Shown piece after piece: positions 29,464 to 38,225 of a DNA stretch of 51,002 nucleotides. Below the pieces are notes generated by a model. That model was given only the letters and a program-made list of their open reading frames with translations, made no database searches and had not been told where the DNA came from. The stretch is taken from positions 1-51,002 of the forward strand of contig CALXPV010000001.1 in NCBI GenBank assembly GCA_944390295.1, written 5' to 3'. A program made the translations under genes and the position numbers. Positions within the stretch are counted from its first letter, which is position 1. Each line of letters begins with the position of its first letter. This DNA comes from an uncultured Clostridia bacterium (GTDB lineage: Bacteria > Bacillota > Clostridia > TANB77 > CAG-508).

Positions 29464-31557
29464 TTGAGCTACAAACCAAATTTTAAATTAAGGTTTAACT
29501 TTCTAACCACAGTCATTTATATACTTGGTATAGTATTGTTGCTACAGCTTTTTAATCTGCAAATTGTACATGGGGAAGAATATAGGGAACAATCAAATAC
29601 AAGATTAACTAGAGAAAGTACAATAAAAGCTGATAGAGGTTCAATTTTAGATAAATCTGGAAATACAATAGTAGGAAATAGTATGGGATTTAGTGTTGAT
29701 TTATATAAAACGAAAATAGATGATAAAACATTAAATGAAACTATACTAAAGATTATTACAGTACTAGAGCAAAACGGAGATTCATATATAGATGATTTCA
29801 TTATAAATGTAAATCCATATACATTTACTACTGATAATGCGGAAACGATTAGTAAATTTAAAAAGAAACATGACATAGACGAAAATGCAACAGCAGAACA
29901 ATGTTTTAATGCAATGAAAGAAGAGTACGAAATAGAAAATACAGATCCTATAGAAGCAAGAAAAATAATGGCAATAAGATATGCAATACAAACAGAAGGA
30001 TATAGTAGTACTAGACCATTACAAATTGCTAACAATATAACAAGACAATCTGCATTAATATTTAATGAAAGGTCAGCTGAGTTTCCAGGGATTAATGTTG
30101 TGGTAGAACCGATAAGAAATTATACTCAAGGTACAACAGCTTCACATATTGTTGGTTATACAGGAAAAATCAGTTCTGAAGAATTGAAAACAAGAAAAGA
30201 TACTTATGATCAAGATGATATAATAGGAAAAACAGGAATAGAATCAGCTTTTGAAGAGTATTTAAAAGGTGAAGATGGTGTAAAACAAATAGACATGACA
30301 GTTGAAGGAACTGTTCAAGAGGAATATGTAACAAAAGAAGCTGTAAAAGGGTCAGATGTAGTACTTACAATAGACTTGAATTTACAAAAAGTTACAGAAG
30401 AAGCACTAGCAAATAGTATAAATAAGATAAATAGTGGAGGATATTCTAAAAGATATGAAACTAACGCAGGTGCTGCAGTAGTTATGGAAGTTAAAACTGG
30501 AAAAATTTTAGCAATGGCAAGTTATCCAACTTATAACCCACAAGATTTTGTTGGAACGATTTCAACTGACACATGGAATTCATATATAAATAACCCAGAT
30601 AAACCGCTAAGAAATAAAGCTGTTCAAGATGCTTATCCACCAGGATCAATATTCAAAATGGTTACAGCGATAACTGGACTAGAAACAGGAGTAACAAATA
30701 CAAAAGAAAGGGTTAGAGATACAGGAGTATTTCATAAGTATAACGAAAGTTGGAGATGCTGGCAAAGAGGTGGACATGGTTGGGTAAATATAACAACAGC
30801 AATAGAAAAATCTTGTAACTATTTCTTTTATACAATAGGTACTAGAATGAATATAGATGATCTTGAAAAATATGCTAGATATTTCGGACTTGGAGAAAAG
30901 ACAGGAGTAGAACTACCGAGTGAATCAGCAGGAACAGTTGCTTCTAAAGGAGCTGCAGAAAAAGCTGGTAGAGGTTGGTATGCTGGAGATATGATGTCTG
31001 CTGTAATTGGTCAAAGTTATAATTCTTTTACACCTCTACAAATGGCAAAATGTATAAGCATGATTGCAAATGATGGTAAAGTAGTAAATCCAACAATAGT
31101 AGAATCTGTAATAAAAGCAGATGGAACTGAAGTGAATAAAGATGAAGTAGAAAAAACAATAAATGAAAAATTAGGAATAACAGATACAGGAACAGAAGAT
31201 TTAAATATTTCTAAAGAAAGTATAAATGTTGCAAAAGAAGGTATGAAGTCTGTTACTTCTGATGAAGCTGGTACAGCATATAGTGTATTTAAAAACTTCC
31301 CAATAGAAGTAGGAGGTAAAACAGGTTCAGCAGAAACTGCAAGTGGTGCTGGAAATGGTAAAACACATGCATGGTTTGCAGGATTTGCACCATATGATGA
31401 TCCAGAAATTGCGGTAGTAGTTTTTATAGATAATGGTGGACATGGTTGGTATACAGGAGAAACAGTAAGAACTATTATGGAACAATATTTTGGAATGAAT
31501 ACAACTCAAGTTCAAGAAGACATGACTCAAACACCTTATGTTGAAACCTACAGATAA
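29464..31557 (+). CDS. mrdA: Penicillin-binding protein 2 (class B transpeptidase)
   Basis: SxxK (GSIFK), SxN (SCN) and KTG (GKTGSAE) motifs plus an N-terminal anchor. The TTG start follows GGAAGTGA. Confidence 0.88.
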   Translation: MSYKPNFKLRFNFLTTVIYILGIVLLLQLFNLQIVHGEEYREQSNTRLTRESTIKADRGSILDKSGNTIVGNSMGFSVDLYKTKIDDKTLNETILKIITVLEQNGDSYIDDFIINVNPYTFTTDNAETISKFKKKHDIDENATAEQCFNAMKEEYEIENTDPIEARKIMAIRYAIQTEGYSSTRPLQIANNITRQSALIFNERSAEFPGINVVVEPIRNYTQGTTASHIVGYTGKISSEELKTRKDTYDQDDIIGKTGIESAFEEYLKGEDGVKQIDMTVEGTVQEEYVTKEAVKGSDVVLTIDLNLQKVTEEALANSINKINSGGYSKRYETNAGAAVVMEVKTGKILAMASYPTYNPQDFVGTISTDTWNSYINNPDKPLRNKAVQDAYPPGSIFKMVTAITGLETGVTNTKERVRDTGVFHKYNESWRCWQRGGHGWVNITTAIEKSCNYFFYTIGTRMNIDDLEKYARYFGLGEKTGVELPSESAGTVASKGAAEKAGRGWYAGDMMSAVIGQSYNSFTPLQMAKCISMIANDGKVVNPTIVESVIKADGTEVNKDEVEKTINEKLGITDTGTEDLNISKESINVAKEGMKSVTSDEAGTAYSVFKNFPIEVGGKTGSAETASGAGNGKTHAWFAGFAPYDDPEIAVVVFIDNGGHGWYTGETVRTIMEQYFGMNTTQVQEDMTQTPYVETYR

Positions 31558-31642
31558 CAAAAGAAAAAAGGAATTATCCTAAAGAATTTATAGTATGGGA
31601 ATACTCCCATACTATAAAAATGAAGTTAAATGGAGGTAGAAG

Positions 31643-32257
31643 ATGGCACAGTATGTAACGATTAACTTGAAAAAAGATGTAATAGTAATGAAAATAAGTG
31701 ATAAAGCAAGCGAAGAAGATACATTAAAAAGTTTAAAAAAGAAATTACCAGAACTTAAGAAACTATATCAAAAAGAAAAAACACCAATATTTGTAACTGG
31801 AAAAATTTTAAGAAATAAAGAATTAAGAGAAATTCAAGAACTTATTCAAAAAACTATAGATGTAGAAGTAGAATTTGATACACCTAAAGCATTAGGGCTA
31901 CACGGAATTAAAAGAACATATAATCAAGATGTTGGAATTTCAGAAGCTAAAATTCATAGAGGATCATTAAGGTCTGGACAAAGATTAGAATTTGAAGGAA
32001 CATTAATTATATTAGGAGATGTAAATGATGGAGCAGAAGCAATAGCTGGAGAGAATGTAATTGTTGTTGGAACTTTAAGAGGACTAGCACATGCAGGAGC
32101 TAAAGGAAACAAACAAGCAATTATAGCTGCAAATAAAATAGAAAGCCCACAAATAAGAATATCTAATATAATTAAAGAAATGGAAAGAAATGACGATGAT
32201 TATAATGTTGCATTAACTTATGCATCTGTAGAAGATGATAGAATTATTGTTGAATAA
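31643..32257 (+). CDS. minC: Septum site-determining protein MinC
   Basis: The C-terminal beta-helix region RSGQRLEFEGTLIILGDVNDGAEAIAGENVIVVGTLRGLAHAGAKGNKQAIIAA aligns by eye to Bacillus MinC. Confidence 0.88.
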   Translation: MAQYVTINLKKDVIVMKISDKASEEDTLKSLKKKLPELKKLYQKEKTPIFVTGKILRNKELREIQELIQKTIDVEVEFDTPKALGLHGIKRTYNQDVGISEAKIHRGSLRSGQRLEFEGTLIILGDVNDGAEAIAGENVIVVGTLRGLAHAGAKGNKQAIIAANKIESPQIRISNIIKEMERNDDDYNVALTYASVEDDRIIVE

Positions 32258-32260
32258 ATA

Positions 32261-32293
32261 AAAACGAACAGAAAAAGATTCTGTTCGTTTTTT
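32261..32293. terminator. Bidirectional terminator after minC and the convergent small-ORF operon
   Basis: Stem AAAACGAACAG/CTGTTCGTTTT followed by a T-run. Confidence 0.75.
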
Positions 32294-32317
32294 GCATAGT
32301 AAGGTTACATATTAAAA

Positions 32318-32563
32318 TTAAGATAAAAGAAGTAAAACAAGACAGAAAAAAACACCTTTATCGCTACTTTTTTCATTATATAGAATAAATAATAAAACAA
32401 TAATTAATAAATCATCAAAAGAAATAGAAAAGCCTAGCAAAGATATTTTTTCTACATCTTCTTCTAGTTTGATATCTTTTGATGTATTATTATTTTTTTT
32501 AGTATGACTTTCTTCATGGTAAGAAAAATGATTTTGCTTTAAATAGGGTGGATATCTATACAT
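32318..32563 (-). CDS. Hypothetical small membrane protein (about 81-86 aa)
   Basis: C-terminal TM region (LLIIVLLFILY...FFCLVLLLLS). The ATG at 32563 follows GGTGGTGA. A GTG at 32578 overlaps the upstream stop and is an alternative start. Confidence 0.5.
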   Translation of the reverse strand: MYRYPPYLKQNHFSYHEESHTKKNNNTSKDIKLEEDVEKISLLGFSISFDDLLIIVLLFILYNEKSSDKGVFFCLVLLLLS

Positions 32564-32571
32564 TATTATTA

Positions 32572-32943
32572 TCACCACCGGTTAGTATCATTATCGTTTT
32601 TAAACATTTCTAGTAAAGGTGCTAGCTTTAGTAGCTGAACATATTGATCTACTTTACTTTGTCTACTTTGTCGTAAAAAAGGCTTTAAAGCTAAAAGTAA
32701 ATTAGAACTTGAATTAGATTTAGAAGAATTCATCTTTTCCATAATAGTTTTCATTTTTAAGATTGTATCTAAATCTATATCTGGATTAGAATTATTATCA
32801 TTTTTATTAGAGTCATTAGAACCATTAGAACTATTAAAACTATCTAAAAGCTGTTTTAACATGTCTGGATTTATATTGTTTCCATCAGATGAATTAATAT
32901 TTTTCGAAAGATTATTTAATAAATCAGATAAATTATCATTCAT
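32572..32943 (-). CDS. Hypothetical N/S/D-rich protein (123 aa)
   Basis: A strong SD (AGGAGGTG) sits 7 nt before the ATG. The N-terminal two-thirds is low-complexity; the C-terminus is conserved-looking and helical (LLLALKPFLRQSRQSKVDQYVQLLKLAPLL). Confidence 0.6.
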   Translation of the reverse strand: MNDNLSDLLNNLSKNINSSDGNNINPDMLKQLLDSFNSSNGSNDSNKNDNNSNPDIDLDTILKMKTIMEKMNSSKSNSSSNLLLALKPFLRQSRQSKVDQYVQLLKLAPLLEMFKNDNDTNRW

Positions 32944-32967
32944 AATGGTTCACCTCCTATTTTTAAA

Positions 32968-33129
32968 TTATTTATTTTCGTTGTTTAAATTATCTTTCAA
33001 TTTTGCTATAATTTCATCTTTGTTTTCAGATTTCATAATTTTATTTGCTATTTCCATACTTTTATTTAAATCTTCTTTGCTTACAGTAGAGAAGAGTTTC
33101 ATTAATTTTGCCATATCAATATTATCCAT
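32968..33129 (-). CDS. Small hypothetical protein (53 aa), not in the supplied ORF track
   Basis: My manual translation: MDNIDMAKLMKLFSTVSKEDLNKSMEIANKIMKSENKDEIIAKLKDNLNNENK. GGAGG lies 5 nt upstream. It is the first gene of a three-ORF minus-strand operon. Confidence 0.5.
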   Translation of the reverse strand: MDNIDMAKLMKLFSTVSKEDLNKSMEIANKIMKSENKDEIIAKLKDNLNNENK

Positions 33130-33308
33130 AAAAACCTCCATTTAAAATCTTAATATAATATATGTTATTATATTAAGAAATAAGAATAAATGTTAATTTT
33201 TTTAAAAGAAATATAATTGTAAAAAATGTCGAAAATTCTATTTCCGTTAGGAAAAATTTTCAAAAAAAATAGAATTAACATAAAAAAAGAAGAAATCTCG
33301 TAAAACCA

Positions 33309-33337
33309 TTGAAAAATAAGGAAAAAAAGTTTATAAT
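33309..33337 (+). promoter_or_regulatory. Candidate sigma-A promoter of the giant surface-protein genes
   Basis: TTGAAA (33309-33314), a 17-nt spacer, then TATAAT (33332-33337). Confidence 0.5.
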
Positions 33338-33376
33338 GGTATTATATGGAGTATTATATTTTTTAGGAGGAGAAAT

Positions 33377-36300
33377 ATGAAGAAGGATCTATTAAACAAG
33401 TTAATTGCAGCAATTACAGTAGTTTGTTTAATGATGACATATGTTACAACATTAACTAACTCTGTTTTCGCAGCATACGAAGAATTAGAAAAACAAGGAA
33501 TTGTATCAAATAACAAAAATGTTGAGTTTGATGCATACTTCAAGGAAGGGGAAACAAATAAACACAGCATAAGTGCAGATATATTTACAGAACAAAAACT
33601 TTATGTGAAAGTAAATGTTAAAAATGTGGGATATCTAGCAAATGCAGTAATTAGTATTGATTCTCCAAACTATGCAATAAAAAATACTTTCGCAGGAAAT
33701 GAAAATGTAAAATCAATTGATTATGCAAATAATCAATTTACATTAAATCAAATTGAAGCTGGCAAAGATGTAGAAATAGAAATACCAGTTCAATTTGTAA
33801 GAAATGACAATATGAATTTAGATTATTTTGCTAAAGAAACAAAATTAAATTTAACCGGTACATATTTTGATGAGAATGGAAAAGAAAGAAATATCAAATC
33901 TAGCATAGACACTAGATTAGATTGGAGTGCGAACAAAAATGCAAAAATTTTTCAAGATGTAAGAAAATATGGAAGATATGAAACAGAAGATGCTTCTGGA
34001 GTATATATGCAAACAGAATTAACTTCATTATTAGAAAACAATGCACTTCCTATTAAAAGTACTAAAATTAATGTTAGTGTTCCAAAAATTGCGGATAAAT
34101 TACCAGAAGAAATCAGAATATTTGTAAATACAACAGCAACAAATGGTGATTCAGATGGAATAATGTTTACAAACGATATGTGGTCATATAACAAAGACAC
34201 AGGAATGTTAGAAGTAAATATTAATAATGAAGAAACAGATAATCAAGTAGTATGGAAACAAGGAGAAGACAAGCTTTATATAACATATATCTATAAAGAT
34301 ACTGAACTTGCACCTGTAAAAGTTAATTTAAATGCAGATGTAACAATACAAACATATGTAGATGAATCTGAAGTAAAAGCAAACGAAAACAAAGAAATTG
34401 AACTTAAAGAAGAAAAAAATAATCTTGTAGATTTACAAACATCTGCAACACAAGAAATAAACAAAGGTTATATGTATGCAAATAATAAATATGAGACTAC
34501 ATATAGCTCTATAATTAATGCAAATATAGCATATGCTGATGCAGTAGAAAGAATTGTAATAAATGATAAAAATCCACAATTTATAATGGATGAAGATGAG
34601 ATGATCCAAGCTTCAAATAATATATATTATAAATCTATTTCTTTAAAGAAAAATATATTTGACAAACTATTAGGAGAAAATGGAACAATAGAAATATTTG
34701 ATCAAAATAATAAAAAAATTGGAGGAATAGATAAAAATACAGAAGCAGACGAAAATGGTAATATTAATATAGAAATTAATAACCAAAATGTTTCTGAAAT
34801 AAGAATTGAAACTTCAAAACCATTGACAGAAGGAATTTTAACATTAAATTTAAATAAAGCTGTAAAATCTAAAACATCATTAAATAGAGCTACAGTACAT
34901 GCAATTAAGTCAATGGACACAATTGCAAGTGGTGAAATCCAATTTAAAGATATGATAATGAAATTAGCAGAAGTAAAAGCTACTACAAATTTAAAAGAAA
35001 CATCAACAAGAGCAGAATTATATATAAATAATACAAACTTAACAACAACTGCTAAAAATGAAAATGTAGAAATAAAAGTAATATTAAAATCAAATGACAA
35101 CACATGTGATTTATATCAAAATCCAACAGTAGAAATTAGATTACCTAACGAAATAGAAAATTTAGAAATAAAGACAATAAACTTATTATATAATGAAGGA
35201 ATTACGATAAAATCATATGATGTTATTACAAATAAAAATGGAGAAAAAGTTATAAGAGTAAATATGCAAGGTGAACAAACAGAATTTGTTACAGACATAA
35301 GTAAAGGTATAAACCTTGTAATAAATACAGATATTACATTAAAAAGAACAGCGGCAAGTAATAATAAAGAAGCAACTTTAAAAATAACAAACGAAAAAGC
35401 TATACAATATGAAAATGATGGAACATACAAATTACCAATGAACATATATGCTCCTCAAGGAGTTGTATTATTAAGTAGTGTTTCTAATTTTGATAATGAT
35501 AATGATGAAGTAGTATCTTTGGCAAATAAAGAACAAGCTGGAAAAATAGAAACAATGGCAAAAGCTAAAGAAGTAACATTAAAAGCTACAGTAATCAATA
35601 ACTATGGAAAAGATATTAAAAATCCAAAAATATTAGGAAGAATTCCTTTCGAAGGAAACAAAAAGACAAATGGTGAAGATTTAGGAACAACATTAAATAC
35701 AGTAGTAACATCTGGTATAGGAGTTTCTGGAATAGATTCAAAATATGTAACTATATATTATAGTGAAAATGGAGAAGCTACAGAAGACTTGAATAATGCA
35801 GAAAACGGATGGACTACAAAAGTTTCAGATTGGAGCAAAGTAAGATCTTATTTAGTAGAATTAAAAGATTATACAATGCCACAAGCAACATCATTTGATA
35901 TGGCTTATAAAGTACAAGTACCAGGAAACTTAAATCATAATGAAAATGCTTTTGGAACATATACAGTATTTTATGATGATGTCGAAGGAGACCAAGTAAT
36001 TCCTCAAAAAACTATAGCACCAACAGTTGGTGTATCAACAGGAAAAGGCCCAGAATTAAACGCTGAAGTAATTGCTAATGCAGAAAATACAGCATCAACA
36101 CAAGATGTAATAGAATACAAAGTAAAAGTTAAAAATGATGGAGAAGTTGATGCAACAAATGCAAAAGTAAGAGTAAATCTTCCAGAAATGGTTGATTATG
36201 CAGAATTTATTCAAGAAGCAATGGGAAGCAGATATGAAGTAAGACCAGAAATAAGAACTGTAGAAGTAAGTGTAGGAGATATAAAAGTAGGTGAAACTAA

Positions 36301-38206
36301 AGAAGCTTCATTTACAATAAAAGCAAATAAAGAGGGAAACTTTAAATTAACAGTTGAACTTGTAGCAGATAATTTAGAAAAACCATCACAAGTAGAAACA
36401 GCAGAATTACAAATAACAAAAGCAAGCTTTTACATTGAATTCTTAACACCAACAGAAGAAAATTCAAGTGTTGGTAGTCAAATAGAATACTATTTAAATA
36501 TTTCTAATGCAACAGAAGAAAAAATAAATAATGTAGAAGCTACAGTAAATCTTCCAGAAAATGTTGAATATGTTGAAGCATTTTCACAAGGATATGCAGG
36601 TGATGACCAATCAACAGATGGTGTAAAATACGATGAAAAAGAAAAGAAAATAACATTTGATGTTGGAGATATAGAAGCAAACTCAGGAGCTGCTAGAAAC
36701 TTCATATTTAGAGTAAAACCAACTAAAGAAGAAACAGTTAATATGCAAGTAGAAGTTTCTGGAAATAATGTAGCAAATCAAAAGAGTGAAATAATTAGAC
36801 ATACAGTTGGTAAAGGAAAATTAGATGTTACAACATCAACAGACGTAGATAAAGAATACTTACAACTTGGAGATGAAATTACATACACTGTAAGAGTAAA
36901 AAATACAAGTTCAGGTATAATTAAAAATGTTAAAGTATCAGTAACATTACCAGAAAACTTAAAATATTTAAATACTACTTATTCAATAGATGACTTACAA
37001 ATATTTGATGGATACTTACTAGAAAACAGAGTTTCAAGTGCTACAGTAGATTTAAATGCTGGAGAAACACTTATATTTGTAGTAAAAGCAGCAGTAAATA
37101 AAATTACAGATCCATCAAAAGAGGAAGAAGATTCAACAGTAGAAATAGATGTTGAAGGAGACGACACAGATAAGTTTGAAGATGAAATAACAAACAAAAT
37201 AGAAAATGACGATGTTCAAGATGGAAGTACATTTAGAATTTCTGGTAGCGTATGGTATGACGAAAACAGAAATGGAACTAAAGATAATAACGAAAGATTA
37301 CTTTCTGGAATACCAGTAGAACTAGTTGATGCAGAAACAGGAAAGTCTGTAAGAAATTCAAATGGTGATGACATTACAGCAACAACAGATAATAATGGTG
37401 AATACATATTATCAGACATAATAAAAGGTAAATATATAGTTAAATTCCAATATGACAATTCTACATATTCTATTACAGAATATAGAAAACAAGGAATTGA
37501 CGATGATGTAAACTCAGATGCAATTAATACTACAGAAAATAATGGAATTGCTATTACAGATAGTTTAGATATTACAGATTCTAGTATGAGTAATATAGAC
37601 TTAGGATTAACAACAAAAGGTATATTTGATTTAGAACTTGATAAATCAATAACTAAAGTTCAAACAGCAGATGGAAAAAATACAAAATCAACAGATCTTG
37701 AAAAAGATAAAATTACAAAAATTGATGTAGATGGAAAAAGAGCAGATAGTACAAATGCAGTTATCGAATATACAATTACAATTACAAACAAAGGTAATGT
37801 ACCAGGATATGCTAAGAAAGTAGTAGACTATATACCAGAACAATTAGAATTTAGCTCAAACTTAAATAAAGATTGGTATATGTCAGGTGACGTTGCTGTA
37901 AATACAAGCTTAGAAAACGAAATAATTAATCCTGGAGAATCTAAAGAACTTAAATTAATCTTAACTAAGAAAGTAGGAGAAGAAGTAATAGATACTATTA
38001 CAAACAAAGCAGAAATAACAGAATCTTATAATGATCAAGGTTTACTTGATGAAACATCAAATGAAGATCAAGAAAGATCATCAGCAAACGTAATTGTGGG
38101 AATAAAAACAGGTGGACCTGTAACATACATAACATTAACATTAGCAATATTCGCAATTATCGGATGCGGAGCATACCTAATAAATAAAAAGGTATTAAAT
38201 AAGTAA
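33377..38206 (+). CDS. Giant secreted surface protein (1609 aa) with DUF11-type repeats, an SdrD-B/Cna-B-like domain and a C-terminal sorting-signal-like anchor
   Basis: Signal peptide (LIAAITVVCLMMTYVTTLTNSVFA). At least four DUF11-like modules (for example VIEYKVKVKNDGEVDATNAKVRVNLPEMVDY, ITYTVRVKNTSSGIIKNVKVSVTLPENLKY and IEYTITITNKGNVPGYAKKVVDYIPEQLEF). An SdrD-B-like segment (ISGSVWYDENRNGTKDNNERLLSGIPVELVD...TTDNNGEYILSDIIKGKYIVKF). The C-terminus has IKTGG, then a hydrophobic helix, then NKKVLNK. Confidence 0.85.
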   Translation: MKKDLLNKLIAAITVVCLMMTYVTTLTNSVFAAYEELEKQGIVSNNKNVEFDAYFKEGETNKHSISADIFTEQKLYVKVNVKNVGYLANAVISIDSPNYAIKNTFAGNENVKSIDYANNQFTLNQIEAGKDVEIEIPVQFVRNDNMNLDYFAKETKLNLTGTYFDENGKERNIKSSIDTRLDWSANKNAKIFQDVRKYGRYETEDASGVYMQTELTSLLENNALPIKSTKINVSVPKIADKLPEEIRIFVNTTATNGDSDGIMFTNDMWSYNKDTGMLEVNINNEETDNQVVWKQGEDKLYITYIYKDTELAPVKVNLNADVTIQTYVDESEVKANENKEIELKEEKNNLVDLQTSATQEINKGYMYANNKYETTYSSIINANIAYADAVERIVINDKNPQFIMDEDEMIQASNNIYYKSISLKKNIFDKLLGENGTIEIFDQNNKKIGGIDKNTEADENGNINIEINNQNVSEIRIETSKPLTEGILTLNLNKAVKSKTSLNRATVHAIKSMDTIASGEIQFKDMIMKLAEVKATTNLKETSTRAELYINNTNLTTTAKNENVEIKVILKSNDNTCDLYQNPTVEIRLPNEIENLEIKTINLLYNEGITIKSYDVITNKNGEKVIRVNMQGEQTEFVTDISKGINLVINTDITLKRTAASNNKEATLKITNEKAIQYENDGTYKLPMNIYAPQGVVLLSSVSNFDNDNDEVVSLANKEQAGKIETMAKAKEVTLKATVINNYGKDIKNPKILGRIPFEGNKKTNGEDLGTTLNTVVTSGIGVSGIDSKYVTIYYSENGEATEDLNNAENGWTTKVSDWSKVRSYLVELKDYTMPQATSFDMAYKVQVPGNLNHNENAFGTYTVFYDDVEGDQVIPQKTIAPTVGVSTGKGPELNAEVIANAENTASTQDVIEYKVKVKNDGEVDATNAKVRVNLPEMVDYAEFIQEAMGSRYEVRPEIRTVEVSVGDIKVGETKEASFTIKANKEGNFKLTVELVADNLEKPSQVETAELQITKASFYIEFLTPTEENSSVGSQIEYYLNISNATEEKINNVEATVNLPENVEYVEAFSQGYAGDDQSTDGVKYDEKEKKITFDVGDIEANSGAARNFIFRVKPTKEETVNMQVEVSGNNVANQKSEIIRHTVGKGKLDVTTSTDVDKEYLQLGDEITYTVRVKNTSSGIIKNVKVSVTLPENLKYLNTTYSIDDLQIFDGYLLENRVSSATVDLNAGETLIFVVKAAVNKITDPSKEEEDSTVEIDVEGDDTDKFEDEITNKIENDDVQDGSTFRISGSVWYDENRNGTKDNNERLLSGIPVELVDAETGKSVRNSNGDDITATTDNNGEYILSDIIKGKYIVKFQYDNSTYSITEYRKQGIDDDVNSDAINTTENNGIAITDSLDITDSSMSNIDLGLTTKGIFDLELDKSITKVQTADGKNTKSTDLEKDKITKIDVDGKRADSTNAVIEYTITITNKGNVPGYAKKVVDYIPEQLEFSSNLNKDWYMSGDVAVNTSLENEIINPGESKELKLILTKKVGEEVIDTITNKAEITESYNDQGLLDETSNEDQERSSANVIVGIKTGGPVTYITLTLAIFAIIGCGAYLINKKVLNK

Positions 38207-38225
38207 GGAAAGGAGGATGGAAATT

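Noticed and set aside
31589-31616. 12-bp hairpin TATAGTATGGGA/TCCCATACTATA between PBP2 and minC as a terminator
   Set aside because: It is followed by an A-run rather than a U-tract on the coding strand. It is more likely a stabilising or processing hairpin within the operon.
32861-33145. 94-aa plus-strand ORF
   Set aside because: It is antisense to two minus-strand ORFs that have strong SDs and operon-like coupling. Its peptide is F/L/I/S low-complexity.
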